Shown: one piece after another, positions 50,318 to 64,000 of the stretch
Layout of the letters: every line of letters begins with the position of its first letter
Position numbering within the stretch: position 1 is the first letter of the stretch
Source: Selaginella moellendorffii
Taxonomy: Eukaryota; Plantae; Lycopodiophyta
Reading direction: 5' to 3'
DNA: 64,000 nt
NCBI RefSeq assembly: GCF_000143415.4
Contig: NW_003314271.1
Coordinates: 310,001 to 374,000, forward strand
Notes under the pieces: generated by a model
Seen by the model: only the letters and a program-made list of their open reading frames with translations
What the model was told of the DNA's origin: nothing
Database searches by the model: none
Made by a program: the position numbers and the translations under genes

Positions 50318-53300
50318 TCGGAATAATGGAAGGCCGTCAGGGTTCTTTTGTAGACGGGCTGGGATCTGGAGGAACATCAGGAGGAGGCATCGGTGGATCT
50401 GTAGATGGTATTAATTACTCTTGGTCCCTTTATATGAAGTGTTTCAACCACTGTACATGCACAATCTCCAAAGGATCAGCCTGTTGGATGTCATGCCGAA
50501 CCTCATAAACTTGCGGTCCAACTTGCCGCAACACCCAATACGGTCCTTTCCACTGCGCAAGGAGCCCCTTAGATAAACCACTACGATGGGGAAAATGGAC
50601 TAACACCAAATCATCCACTTTGTACTCTGCAGGTGGACGATGATGGGAGTTGTAGCGCCGTTGTTGTCCCACTTGTACACAGCCTAAGTGTTTGGCAGAC
50701 TCTACTCGGACAAGTGGAAGTATACTCATCAAATATTGATCCCACGACCTAGCATCGTGAGTTCGTGGCAATCACGAAGGTAAAGCCAGCTTCATTGGTA
50801 AAATTGGATCATGACCATATAGAACTTTATATGGTGAAGCACCAACAGAACTCTACACCCCTGTGACATAGGCATACCGAAAAGACGGCAAATAACCATC
50901 CCAATCTGAATGCTGAAAGTTCACATACTTCGCAATCATCCTTTAAATGTTCGAACAAGCCGTTCTGCCAAACCATCTGATTGTGGATGATAAGCACTCG
51001 TGAAAGTGTGGTGTATCCCCAACCAAGACGTCAAAACATGAAATGCCTCAGCCATAAATGCAAGACCATTATCCGAAAGAATCCGCTCTAGACAAGAATG
51101 CTGAAACACCACTCGATTGAAGAGGAAGTATCCAACAGCAGTTGCAAAGGCGCTAGCAAGAGCACCAACTTCCACCCAACGAATCAAGTAGTCAAAAGCA
51201 ATAATAACATACTCATTGCCAGCAGTCGACCATGGAAAAGGTCCCATAAGATCAAACGCCACTAACTCAAATGGATGGGAAATTGCAATTGACTCCAACT
51301 GTCCTTCTGCAGCACAAGGGGGAGTATTATGAGCTTGGCACCAAACGTAGCTACGCACATACCGGATAACATCACGTCGCATCTCTGGCCAATAGAAAGA
51401 TCTGCACAGCTTCTCGATCACACGACGATGTCCCATATGCCCACATAGAATAGGAGAATCATGGTAGGCATGGAGAAACCGTGGAATAAAGACAGAAGGC
51501 ACCACCAGCCGTAAATGATCATTAGGATCCGTCCCTACAAAATAAAGAAGGCTATTGTTAAGGCGATATTGAGAATGTAAATGCCAGAAAGACAAGTCAT
51601 CAGTAAGTGATGTAGGATTCTCAAATGCATCTCGAAGCCTTCAAATCCACGGCTCAATCTTTTGAGCCTCGCGAACCTCATCAAGAGAAGGTAGATCTTG
51701 CTTTGTGCCTTGTGGACATTGAACGTCAAGTACAGCAACCGCCGATGGCACAGATTCCTTGTCTAGAAAATCCATAGATGCTAGAACAATAGGCTCATCA
51801 GAAACATGAGAAGAGAGTGGAGAAGGAAGAGGAGCTTGAGAAAGGGCATCAGCATCACCCATAGAACTCCTTGGGCGATAAACAACATCAAAATCATATA
51901 TCTGAAGCTTCAAAGCCCACCGAGCAGTATGACCAACCTGGTTCTTCCACTTCAATAATGAACTAACAGCAGCATGGTCACTTTCAAGTAACATTTAAGA
52001 ACCATGTAGATATGCATGAAGTTTCTCGAAATCCCAAATTGCCGCTAAACACTCATTCTGTGTCATGGAGTAGTTCACCTCTGCTGGTTGTAACGTACGG
52101 CTTATATATGCAATGGGATAATGCTGACCAGGCACACTCGGGCTTTCTTGCATTAACACACCTCCAAGACCAATATCAGAAGCATCTACGCGCAAAATAA
52201 AAGGTCGAGTGTAGTAAAGATATGCCAAAACCGGAGGAGTCGTCAACAGCTCTTTGAGATCCACAAATGCCCACTCATAATCTGAAGACTAGATGAAAGA
52301 TGATGTTGATGACTTCAACAACGCTCGCAATGGTGTAGTGCGATCAGAAAAATGATCCACAAAACAACTAAGATACTGCACCTTACCCAGGAAGTGCTAC
52401 ACATCATTCACATACTTCGGAGTAGGGAACTTTAGAATGGCTACAAGTTTGTCAGGATCAACTTGCAAACCTTCACGAGAAATACGGTACCCAAGATAAG
52501 TTGTGTCCTTGGACCTAAACACGCACTTCGACTGCTTCAGCTTTAAACCAACGTTCTGTAGCCGATCCAACACTTTACACACATCATGAATGTGCTCCTC
52601 CCATGTCCCCTCCAAATGCATCAAGACATCATCAATGAAGTGAACAGTCACCTTTGGCATATCACAAAGAACTTCGTCCATCATCTGCTGAAAAGTTGTT
52701 AGAGCATTGTTCAAACCAAACGGTATCACCAGGAACTCGTACAAACCAAACGGTGTATGAAAAGCAGTCTTGGAAATATCTTCTTTGGCCATCGGTACTT
52801 TCCAGTACCCAGAAGCAAGATCTAGCTTGGTGAACCAACGACTTCACCCTAGACAATCCAAGAGATCAGCAGTGTGAGGAAAAGGGTACACATCCGGGAT
52901 TGTCACTTCATTTAACGCACGATAGTTGATGCAGAAATGAATACTCCCATCAGGCTTCATCACAAGATGAGGTTCACATGCCCAAGGACTCCGCGACTTC
53001 CGAATAACACCCTTCTCCAACATCTCCTTGACGTTTGCACGTAAAATTTTGATCTCCTTGGGTGACCGACGACGAACAGGAACCTTGATTGGACGAGCAT
53101 CCTCGGTTGGAATCGGATGACGTGTGGCAATCTTGGCCCCAGATGATAGGTCAAATTCAAAGAGATTAGAATATTCCTTCATGAGTTGGTCAACAGCTGC
53201 AACACAAAGATCGTCAGAGGGATCGGAAAAGGGAAGAGCAGAACAAGATGGAAACACAAGAGGAAACAATGGGGGAACAAAAGTAATGGAAGCAGAGGTA

Positions 53301-54775
53301 GAAGTAAAAGGATGAAGAGGTACGGAAGTGAGAGGAATGGATGAAACATAAGGAAGTATGAGCCAAGGGGGAGAAGCCTCAAAGTCACACTTGGCATGAT
53401 TGCGCTGCAACCAATCCACACCAAGAATGAGGTCAAAAGCTTGACTTGGCACCACCCGCAACAATTGCAACTCAAGCTTGAGATCACCCACACGCAGGTC
53501 TACCTCATCCCGTGCACATGCATGTGTATGGCCATTGCCATAAAGAATGAAAACTGGGTCCGCCGTATAACGCAAATGTAGATGACGTGTGGCAACAGGT
53601 CGAGCAATAGAAGATAAACTTGAATCTGTATCAACCAACATGGAGAGAATAATAAGAGACCTCTTGTTATAAAAACGAACTTGGAAAGTAAACACTAGAT
53701 GAACCGGTGCCGAGTGAACCCTTTGATGATACTCCCGAAAGAAAGATGGAAGGGTCACTAACTTAGTCGCGCAAAGTCCCTCCGTTACTCGCATGACTCC
53801 CATTTCCCGGATGCACCGCGGTGTCCAAACCTTCCACTGCAGCAGCACCAATGGGACGTTGCTGACGCCAAGGTCTCCACCAAGGAAATGGAAGTCGCCA
53901 ATCTGAAATGTGCCGACAACGCTGATAAATATGACCAACTTCATCACATGCCCAGCAACAAATATCATGGCCACGACCACGTCCTTGCCCTTGTCCTTGG
54001 ACTCGAGTAGCAGCAGCATCAACCTCCATTGGAACAGGACCATCACTCATAGGAAGTGGAGCTGAAGGATATGCAGCGAGAAGTGGAAGAGGTGACGTCT
54101 CATAATGTTGTGCCAAGTGAAGAGCATCATCAAGGGTGGCAGGAGCAAGTGCATGCACAAGTCCAACAAAATCTTGGCGAAGTGTTGGCCACAACATTCC
54201 TAGCTTGATCTGCTCCGACATATTGGGCTCCATATGAAGCAAAAGACTTCGAAAACAAATGCCAAATTGCATTACTGACTCAGATGGCCCTTGGCAAAGA
54301 TGATGTAATTGTTGGAAGGCATCATCATAGTTGTCAGCATGTCCAAAGGCGTGTTTGAAAACGTCCGAGAGAACACTCCAATCCCCACGAGTGGCTGTGC
54401 TCAGACCATTATACCATTGCAATGCCGTCCCTTGGAGACACGTAGGAAACTCACGCAAACATCGAGCATCATCCCAAGAATGATATGTGGTAATCACCGT
54501 GAAGTGATCGAACCAATGGTACACATCATCCCTAGGATTCCCGTGAAAGAACTCCGGCCGAACATGAGGATTAGCACCAAGAGCAGGAGGAGTTGTACCA
54601 TATGCCGTGAACGCTGCCATCAACTGAGTTTGGTTGTTCAATTGCAAGCGCATAGCATCAAGCAATTGTACCAACTGCTGCTCCAGAGTCAAAGGAGGAG
54701 ATTGCTGATTTGCCATGAAGATGGATGAAGAAAGAGCAAAAGAAGAGAAACGACAAAAAGCGAGAAGGAAATAGG

Positions 54776-54895
54776 AGATCTAGACAATGCAAAAAGCTAG
54801 ATTTAAACCAAAATCCTGAAAGAGAAGAACAAAAGAAAGGAAATGGAAAAAGCTAGATCTAGACGATGCAAAAAGTTAGATCTAAACCAAAATCC
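54776..54895. repeat. ~41-bp direct repeat in the retroelement leader
   Basis: agatctagacaatgcaaaaagctagatttaaaccaaaatcc (54776) and agatctagacgatgcaaaaagttagatctaaaccaaaatcc (54855). Confidence 0.75.
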
Positions 54896-54930
54896 CAAAT
54901 TCAAGTACCCCTTAGGGACAATCAAAAGTG

Positions 54931-54946
54931 CCCTTCATCTTCACCA
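54931..54946 (-). promoter_or_regulatory. Primer binding site, tRNA-Ala-like
   Basis: TGGTGAAGATGAAGGG, 1 nt inside the 5' LTR; 3 mismatches to TGGTGGAGATGCGGGG, the complement of a tRNA-Ala 3' end as recalled. Confidence 0.5.
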
Positions 54947-54947
54947 A

Positions 54948-55123
54948 TGTGAGTGCTTGGAATATGGAAAGGGAATACAAAAAATATGCATATTAATTAG
55001 CCCAAAAACCCTAGCTTATATATAGAAGCGAGTGGTCCGGATTGAAATCAATCCGACGACTACCAAAATCCCACTACGCTAATATTAGTATACGGCATCG
55101 TAGCCGTACACTTAGCCCTCATA
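54948..55123 (-). repeat. 5' LTR (176 bp)
   Basis: Direct-repeat partner of 50142-50317; the terminal CACA has become CATA. Confidence 0.92.
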
Positions 55124-55160
55124 GTATGTAGTTGTTATAATAATTTAAGATGTTGTATAA

Positions 55161-55391
55161 TAAATTATTGCAAAAAGTATTATAATTAAACATTTTAGAT
55201 ATGTCTCTTTAGATATAATATAAAAATAAATTAAAATCTATATGAAGGGTTTTATCATACTCAGATGATACTCTAACTTTTCTTTTACAACATCTTAAAT
55301 TATTGCAAATGTTTTTGTAATTAAACATTTTCGATATGTCTCTTTAGATATAATATAAAAAGAAATAAAAGTCTATATAAAGGTTTTTATT
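55161..55391. repeat. AT-rich tandem duplication (~135-bp period)
   Basis: taaattattgcaaa...taattaaacatttt.gatatgtctctttagatataatataaaaa occurs at ~55161 and ~55296. Confidence 0.7.
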
Positions 55392-56065
55392 AAGACGATG
55401 CACTATATTTTCTTTTAATTTTAATTATAACTATAACCTAATGTAATCTATTTTATACACTACAATTACCATATACCCTTATTATTATTAATGTAATTTT
55501 CTTGCTACAATTCTTGAGTTTGTCCTATAAAAATAGACTTTAACAATAATGTAATCATGTACAAAAGCATTTTATTAATTAGCAGAACAAATGATTTTCT
55601 GTTTTTGTTGTTTTACTCAAGCTACCCAATTCGGGTAGAGACAACCCTGCATGCTTTCTTCACTTTGTCTCTTTCTCTTTCTCTCTTTGTCTTCTTTTTC
55701 TGCTTTTGTTGTTGCGAGCTTTGGAGATCGGTGTATCGAAGTGCTCGTTGCCTGCCTCTGGATTGTCTTTGTCAGACTTGCTTGTTACAGAGTAAGGAAA
55801 AAAAAAAAAAAAAAATTCCCTTCTTCACGATGAAGGAAAAAGGAAGCAGAAGGAAATGCATACCTCTCGTTTGGTTTCTCTTCTTTCCTCGTTTCACCTC
55901 CGTCTCCATCCTTCGTAAAATTACAGTGTGGGGTTGATGTTACAGCCGAGTCCTCGCTAGCTCGTAGCCATCGACGAGTGTGAGAGGACCAAAACCACCG
56001 CTGGAGCGGAGGTAACAGCCTGCCTGTTCTCACTGTTTCTTTCTTCCCTGAGTGTATCCATCCTC

Positions 56066-59000
56066 TCACATCATCATCCCCAAGTCGGATAAGTCGTCCA
56101 TGGGAACGTCCAGGCCCATGAGAAACTCTCCTTGATCTTGGAGTGTGGTGTCTTCCAGAGAGCTAAACCATTGCTCGATCCCTGCTCCTATATCCTGTGC
56201 CTCGTCGTGGACGCCAAGGTCCTCCGGGATTGCAAGCTGTGTGAGATCCAGGCCAGACTGGGACGCCACCGTGTTCACGCCATGGCTTCCCAGCTTGTGC
56301 ATTGCAGTAGCCGACGACGATACAAGCTTTTCTTTCGGAACTTCGGCAGGCTTTCCTAGCCCGTTCACGTCCTTGAACAAGGCAGTCTTTTGCCGAGGCT
56401 TTGTCTTTGTTTTCCGCTCGCCTTTGACAGTGCCAAGGCCTTGCCGAGGAACCCTGTCGTTCTCAGCTTTCCTGTGACTCTCCTTGCCCTGTCCTTTGCC
56501 ATCCCTCTCCCGTTCACTCCGCTTGCCTTTGGCACCACCAAAACCAACACTTCCATGGCTGTTGCGCACGCTTGTGGCTCCTGTTGTTAAGTCCTCCGGT
56601 GAGTCTTTCCAAGATGACCACGAGTTGTCCTTCCCCTTTACGTGCTCCGCGTTTCCATCCATAGCACCCTTGTCTTTCGCGTCTGTTCTTCGCATAACAA
56701 GCTTCCCTGCATGTGTTGCATGTTAAGGCTGATCCTCTGGAAATTTAAACAAAATGTACCTCCGAGCTTTTGTAGGCTGGTTTCGCTTGCTGCTGGCGTG
56801 CCTGAAGTGTCCACACTGTTGGCAGCGGCGGCCGTATCGCTTGACTTTTGGACATTACATAGCAAAGTGTCCCGTAAGTTTGGATCTACGAAGCAACTGT
56901 GACCAGCCTCGAATTTCCGCAATCTGGCCATTGCGCGCTTGGCAGAAGCCAAGGCGGCTGCCCTCGTTCCTTTGTTGCCTGCGCCTTTGTTTCCAGCACC
57001 ACCTGAGCTTCCACGACAGCCCTGCAGCTTTTACCAGTAATAAGAAAAAACTCGTGTAAAACAGTGCATAAAACCTTTCTTCGGGTGTAGGCATTCTCGA
57101 CGAGTTTTGAAATGGCAAGTCGCTCACGCTCCCTAGAAATATTAACGATTATAATAGCAAGTGAAAAAAAAGGCTATTACCTTATCTCTTCTTCTCGTTT
57201 TGCTATGATACACTTTTCCAGCCAATCGACTCGTTGCCGGTTTTGTGTCGCCTGTGAAAAAGTTATGGAGAGTAAGTGACATTCAAGTTTAATACCTGTT
57301 CCTTCAGCTCCTCCTTCAACTTCGATATCTCCACACATATTTCATCCTCGTCTCGTTGAGAAAGATCAGGCTGTTCGGCAAAACCGTCAAGAGTAAGAGG
57401 TGCCTTCTCTGTAAAGATGTACTCACCACTTGCTCTACCACGAGACCGATACTTTGAAGCTCGAAAAGTATCCGGTCATCCAAGTTGAGTTGCTCGTATT
57501 GGGAATCCCATGTACTAGATCGTCCTTCTGTTTTTACACCAGGCAAATGATTGGCATCACTCGCATCCGCCATGATCTCATCGCCATCAGCAACTTCATC
57601 AAAACTTGACTGGTTGTTGCCATGTCCATTGGAACAGTAATTTCCGTCAGTAGCGTACTTTTGATCCCGTAATGTACTTGAGGCTGGATATCCGTCACCT
57701 TCCAGGCTCTTCTCGGTTTCCTCCTCTCCCTCATTTATAAGAGCCGCCAAAAGCCTTTGTGACAGGGGATATATCCTGTCATACCAGCCACCACCAGCAC
57801 CAGTTCGACCTCCGGTGCGAACCTCCAGACGATCACTACCGTCAGGTTCCAGATTCCCATTTGCAAAATGGGAAGACTTCTGAGCACCGTCATTCATAGG
57901 CAATGACGAGACATCACTGCTGCACTTCGAGTCAGCCTGAAAGAAAATCCGTGCATTAGAAAATAGAACCTTCCTCATGCTCTCGTGGTTTCTCACCAGT
58001 TGATGCAAGTAGGAAATGTCATCAGATGTTAAAAACGTAAAATACGGCTCCATTTCTTTCCAAAAGTCACTCGAGCATGCGGCAGCTGCAAGGTTCAGCA
58101 GACGGTCATGTGAGTACACATTTAGTAAGGTTTGCACATCTATACCACTAGCGTCAACTGCGGCTCGAACGGCAGCGACAAGCTCCTCATGGTCATCATC
58201 TGATTCGCCTGGAGAAATCAAAAGAGAGCCTTCAGAAATCGAGAACACGTTAAAACGTTCCTGGATCGCTGAAAGGACAAGGCACCGTACCTAGTTCAGG
58301 TGCACTACTGGATATAGGTCGTCGAATCCTTGACATGGACTTGCGATCAACAGCTGCTTTTTTTGTTGTTGGAGTACGACCAGGCCTACAAAATCCCAGA
58401 GTTGAAGTTGAACATCTAAAACTAAAAATGCGAACGAGATGTACCTGTCATGCTTTTCAATCCTCGCACTCCTTAGCTGTTTAGCTGTACTCGTCGCAAC
58501 ATCTACTTTTTCAATCGTTGTCACCATTGGCTTCGGCATACAGAAATTCCGTCCGCTCCTTCCTTGCCTGCGAACTCCATCTCCAACGTCCTCCTTCACC
58601 AGCGAAGCCTTTGCTGGTAGTATGAGGTTAGACTTGTGGTTTGAAACAGGCCGAGAATCCCATTCTCCATGCTTCTTCCCCTTGTCTTTCATCTTGTTCT
58701 CACTGGCTTCTTCCGATTCCTCACTCTCCGAGACAACCACGGACGACTGCATCCGTTCACTTCTCGGCTTGCTTTGCGCAGGAGAATGTACGTTCCCAGG
58801 TGGTACTCTCCTCGGAACTCCTCCGACACCGTTGACGCTATTCGTGAGTCTTGGGCCAGCTGCTGCTGCTGATGGCTCACGTTCAGGAAGCGCTTCAGGG
58901 ATATCCTCAGCTGGCAAAACTCCCCCCGGCGGCAAGTTTACTCGTCTTGCCACCCGAGCCATCTTCTGAGGCCTTTGTCCAACCCACTGGGCAACAGGAG

Positions 59001-60506
59001 ACGAGGACCTCGACGGAGCGGGTCGTTTGCGGTTCCCTTGTCCCGATGGAATTTGAGCTTTCCCGGGGCCTTGCGGTTTCTCACTGAATGCGGTCACGCG
59101 GTTTAGATTAGAGAGATGCGCCGATGCCATGGAGCCGGACCGAGGAGCTCGGGCGGCCTTTTTCGTCACGGTGGATGTTCCAGGAGTCATGTGCATGTCA
59201 TCCTGCAATATTGGCCTGCAACAAAACATTAGCATCTCGTTAATCTTTTTCTTGCAGAGACGAATAAAACTCGTACTTGACACCGTTCTTCTGGAAGCGT
59301 TCCTTGTCCGTCACAAAAGAACGATCAGCTTTGTCCCCGATAGCTCCCTCAATTACACCACGAGCGCCAGTGCCGTTCATTTGCATCGAGGACTCGGTTT
59401 TGTGAATCGAAGTAACGCCATGGACAGGTCCAGACCTGTGATTTCCAAGATTATAAACGTACAAAACCTTGACTTTTGTCTGTACCTCAAACCGTGAGCA
59501 TCATTCGACCTTGGTCTCGCTTCATGAGCCAGCCGATGTTGTCCGCTCCACTTGTGATCGCGTTCTCCATCAACAACGCCGTTTCCAGCGGGAGGAATGT
59601 TTGCATCGGATTTTATACCAGACCGCCGTCCTTTCAATTTGATCTTCTCCCAGCCATCGTTCGGAACCCGACTTTCTGTTGGAGTTGGAGACGGGAGCAC
59701 CGTAGACGATCTCGGGGACTCCCTGTCTGCTGATTTTTTCATGGAAAGGTTGCTGTTTGGTCTTGGCCCCTCCTAAAGAATGATAGTCACGAAAATGAGA
59801 GAACTTAACGATGGAGAGAAATTCAAAACTCACTCCTGCTATGGATGTCCGAAGCCTTTTATTAGGAACCACTTTGCTCTTCTCTGTAGTTTTAATACCA
59901 TCGGCTTGGCCAGCAACAGTGTTAACTTTCAGTGTCGTTGATATCCTGTCAGCTGGAGATGCTCCTGGAACTCGCTCGGAACCTGTGTCAGGCTTGGACC
60001 GCTTTCTCGATTGCCGGTACCTGTCAAGCTTGAGAATCGCTTCAGAAAGGTGACGAGATCGTTCCCTGGGAGTGAGACAACAATCAGTTCAGCAATACAG
60101 AAATTACTAAAATGATGAGAACGTACCTTGCTCTTGCAGAGAGCTCAGAAACACCAGTTTTTACACGCTTGAGCTCCTCCGCTCCAAGGCTGTCTAGAGG
60201 CCTTGCAAGGGTCGGATCCTCCACCGAGCCAGTGATGGCATTAGTTACTCTCCTTAACTCCGTCTGCCTCGCATTCCTCTGCTCTCCAAAAGGAATGCAA
60301 TCTAGTGATAGTAACTGTGACAGGGAGACGAGATCGCAAGCCGGTCCCGGAGCGTTTCCGCCGCCCCCACCACCTCCACCATGCGTGCGTCCGGCCTCGT
60401 GACCGTCACGAAAGCTGCTTGATCTATCCATACTCCTGTGTCCATTTGGAATGCTTGTCATAAACTGCGCACCATCAGGACTGCTAGAGCTGAGATTTAC
60501 AGCCAT
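56066..60506 (-). CDS. Large conserved plant nuclear protein, putative SAGA-associated ADA3-like family, multi-exon
   Basis: MDRSSSFRD; DGWEKIKLKGRRSGIK; SSSPVAQWVGQRPQKMARVARRVNL; ESDDDHEEL; ACSSDFWKEMEPYF; PLSQRLLAALI; LDDRILFELQSIGL; C-terminal GLDVPMDDLSDLGMMM*. The family assignment is from memory of motifs. Confidence 0.7.
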
Positions 60507-61806
60507 CCCTCCACCAAAGGCACCCTTTGGTGCCTAGTTATTCCTTCAGCTCATCACGTAAAATTTGTAAGAGCCTGCCGTCAACCCTGCAAAGCACCAC
60601 AAACTAAGTGACGAAGAAAAAAAAACTCTAAGCCCATTAGACACTCGCTCTCCACAAGCTTGTTATAGAAACCAAACTATGTGCAAAAACTTCCTTCTAG
60701 ATCACGTATGAGAAGCCTGCATTGATCCTACAGAGTTGCGAGCTTACTGGATTCAACCCATTACATCGAAGTAGCATTCCTCTCGAGCAAATGAGAAACC
60801 ACCAGGCGATAGGATACTGCAATCAAACAAGGGACTTAGAATTCACGGCGGTAGCAAGGAGCCATTAAACCCCAAGCTCGAGAAACCAAGGCAAACTAGC
60901 AATTAAACAGTGATAATCCGAAGAATTCACGCAACCCCATTAAGCTCCCCCAGGAAGAAGAAGGGAAAAAAATTTCCTAGAAGCAGCGAGCTACCCACAC
61001 AATCCCTGAATTGCCCTTGCAGACCCTAGCACTCCAAAACCTTGCGAAATTCTCCCCAACCCTTGGGAAAACCCTGCTTCATACCTCATCAAATCGCGCG
61101 CTGTGCGCCTCGTTCCAAAGCTGTCGCGCCGCACTGCTTGGATCGGGCGTCCATTGCCGGGCTTAGCCGCAACGATGGCCGCGATCCGAGCTCCACTCCA
61201 TGGATCATACCCTTGCTCCACCGGGAAAGAGTAGGGGTAAAAAAAATAAAACACCACAAGCCCCCTGTTAAGGGGAGAGAAGAGCCCTTGCGGATGAATG
61301 ACCCCATGCCGCCATCCACATCCACACCATGCGATCCTGCATGAGCTGGCAAGCCAGCCGGTGTACGTGGCGTGACGCCACTGGCCCTAGCCCGGCCCCA
61401 CGTGTTCCCGGGGCATGATGATGTGGCATGTATGGTACTTTAGGGCTCCTCTTTTTCCAACTTTGTGCCAGCCCGATTCTTAAAGATTCTCTCTTTGGCC
61501 CCTCTTGATTGGGTGTTTGATCCAAACGTCTCTCCTCCGAATGCCAACGCCACTTTTTCTGTTTGTCCGTCCCATGGGCTAAAATTTAACGTCGCACTCA
61601 CACTACACTACACACATCCCGGATGTTTGGAACTGAAACACCCAAAAAGAATTTGACTTCCCTAGACACTGGACGAATGAAATGGGGTAACTATATTTTA
61701 CATTTGGCCTGGATTGGATGGATCTCGATCATCATCACCCGCCTTATAATAATTAAAACGAAGGAACAAATCTTTTTACTTGGCTCGTCATTGCCCTTTC
61801 TTTTTT

Positions 61807-64000
61807 TCACTTTCTAGCCGTCGTCGTGCGTTTCTTCTCGTTGTCCAATTGAACAACGTAGCTTCTCAAGCTCCGCTCTTCGATCTGCGCGTTACAAAGC
61901 ATATGTCGCTAGAGGAAATCGAAGCAGGACAATGGAAGTGGAGAGATCTTACCTCCAATGTCGCTATCCTATCTAAGATCTCTCCACATTCCTGGAGAAG
62001 TGCCTTGCCTTGCGATGATACATGAGCCAGCTGACAAACAACCTCGTTCGTCTTCTCAGCCTGCGCAAAACACCAAGCACGAGAGATAAGCGCTTGCTAA
62101 TCTTTACAAAAGCGCTAGTGAAACGAAACAAAACAAAACAAATCTGGAGGAATCAAAACATACCCTGGGGAGCAACTCTCGTGTCGTCGATTCTAGTGGT
62201 ACCATTGCATCGCCCAGTAAAGTCAATGCATTTTGAAGCGCTGGAATGTCAACCTGGTATAAAAGGTAGCACTTTTAAGAGCCAAGAAAGGAAAGCAGCT
62301 CCTTTACCTTTGCTCCGCCAGTAACCGGAACTTTCAAGGTTGCAGCTTCCAAGGCTGCAATGAATCCAGACAGAGCAATCGCATGCTCGGGCTCTAGCTC
62401 TTCCCATTCGTCCAAATGCTCACCCTGCAAAACAAGAGCTTCAGAAATATTTCAAGGCAAGAAGAAAAAGTGTGAAGCCTACATGAGCCGCAATCACCGC
62501 ACGAACTTTCAAGTCCTGCTTTGCTTTTTGCAATCTGATGCGCTTCTCCGCTACCCGGCTTTGCAAATCAGAAATTTGCAACGAAGCGTTGTACAACATT
62601 CGCTGCGAGCAGCCACAAGGAAAAGCGTTAGCAACAAAAGAAAATCAAAAGTTCGAAGGTTTTCTACTTGGTATGAAGCACACATACTTCTCCAGTGGCC
62701 TTCTGAGCGCTCAACGTCGCCTGTGAACGAGCATTCACGTATCGCCACTGCAACCATCGATTGTGGAGAATCCGGAGACACAGTGCCTCGTCCTGTTGAC
62801 TCATTGCCCTTCGACCAGTCGAGCTATCATTCCCGAAGTTGAGCATGCACGCCACACTACCCGGACGAACTCCTTGATAAAAACCAGCAGCGACACCACT
62901 AGGCAGGGCTCTCGTTCTTGTCGGACTCGGCAAACCTCGCGAAGGAGATGAAACTTTGGAAGGAGACGAAGGTGGCGGCGATGGCTGTGGTGCTACTGTG
63001 GATGAAACAGCACGCACAGGAGAGTATACCCAAGACGGTGCCTGACTCGGCGCTGGAGTACTCGCAGTCGAAGATGGAGCTGAATTGCCGCCGCTGGCAT
63101 TCCCACTCTTGTTTGATCTTCGGTTGCTCGTCTTGGATCCCAGAAACTCTCCTTCGGGCATCGATGATCTCAGCTGGTTCACGTCCGAGAGCCTTCGAAT
63201 CCTACTCCCCAAGTCTTGCCAGAACCTCGCCGGCACCACAGTTCCTCTCGCGGCCTTGCTCGGCCTAGAGGAGCTCTTCTCGCTGTCGACAGAGCTCCTC
63301 TGAGAATCCAAAGAACTCTTGACGCTGTCGCCAGCGTCCGAGTCGCAGCTTGCCAGATCCGCGTCGTCCGGAACGCTTCTCACGCACCTTGTATCGATCT
63401 TAGTCTCGTCGCCCAGAGAAGAGGAATCCGCCGGCTTGGATGGTTTCTTCGTCGGCTCTAGGAGCTTCCCTGTGAGCTGATTGAAGCTCCGCGCTGGAAC
63501 GAGGTAGCGATTCCCTTTGGTCCCTATGCTCGACGCTCGACCCATGCTTAGATCCAAGCTCCGGCTGATGGATTTCCCATTCGCCGTCCCGCTCCATCTC
63601 TGCGATTCGAGCTTGCCGCCGCCCACATTCTCGATCGGCCTGGCATTCTCCGCTTGATCCGCGCCCTGGCGGCTCCTCTTCCTCTCCGGCGTTGCCACGC
63701 GGGGCCGATTTGCCGCGGGCTTGAGGGCGTGATCAATCTTCGCCTTGTCATCGCAGAGAATCGCGCCCTGGGAGCTCCCTGTGACGATATTCTGGCAGGA
63801 AGACCACACCTCCTTGGCAGCACCGCGCTTGTCATCGCCATTGCGCTTGCGCTCGGCCGAGATGGCGCGCTTGGGAGGAAGATCGAGAGGAGCTGGAGCG
63901 GCAGGAGCGTCGCCAAGGCGGCCGACATTTGGGGATGGAAATCTGCGAACCGTTGGAGGAGGAGGGGGAGGAGGAGGCGCTGCCGCCGCTACTCCTCCTC
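61807..64000 (-). CDS. QWRF-motif / AUGMIN subunit 8-family microtubule-associated protein (3' part; 5' end beyond window)
   Basis: TPERKRS, ENARPIEN, SRSLDLS, VVPARFWQD, LRILHNRWLQWRYVNAR, LKVPVTGGAK; last exon IEERSLRSYVVQL...ARK*, stop at 61807-61809. Confidence 0.88.

Larger units (their letters stand above)
50142..55123 (-). mobile_element. Full-length degenerate Ty3/gypsy LTR retrotransposon (no chromodomain seen)
   Basis: Gag 54716-53763 with CWACDEVGHIYQRC knuckle; protease LVDTDS; RT (KTAFHTPFGLYEF..PFGL, FIDD); RNase H (DASDIGLGGVL); integrase (H2C2, PQSDGLAER, KGPY); order PR-RT-RH-INT; paired LTRs; TSD GTAT at 50138-50141 and 55124-55127; several stops and frameshifts. Confidence 0.93.

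Noticed and set aside
53802-53808. G GGA AAT slippery heptamer in the gag frame, suggesting -1 frameshifting
   Set aside because: The -1 frame stops after about six codons and the current pol ORF is in the +1 frame; this cannot be separated from post-insertion decay.

Overview
Eukaryotic plant nuclear DNA. It is gene-dense with very short (~50-nt) introns and intronless PLS-class PPR genes, a pattern that suggests a lycophyte such as Selaginella (inference). Intact or likely intact genes, in order: ORC4 (partial), a GEN1-like resolvase, a class III peroxidase, a GT47 xyloglucan glycosyltransferase, an unusual ubiquitin-like + P-loop NTPase + restriction-endonuclease-fold (Crinkler/CR-effector-like) gene, an SUA/RBM5-like splicing factor, a peroxisomal polyamine oxidase, ERD2, a small IF1-like gene not visible as a single ORF in the track, FtsH7/9, two PPR genes, a non-RD G-type lectin receptor kinase, a putative ADA3-family protein and a QWRF/AUG8-family gene (partial). 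Two decayed tracts lie between them: about 19.7-25.5 kb (CHAT-domain and PIF/Harbinger relics) and about 32-46 kb (papain, PEPC, SDG2 and subtilase fragments). A full-length degenerate Ty3/gypsy element occupies 50142-55123, with 176-bp LTRs and a 4-bp TSD. Most notable are the CR-like NTPase-nuclease gene, a two-layer candidate regulatory system on the polyamine oxidase (uORF plus a GC-AG intron with a possible poison exon), a peroxidase lacking a near-invariant disulfide, and templated inverted insertions in the PEPC pseudogene. All calls come from reading motifs by eye; no database searches were run.
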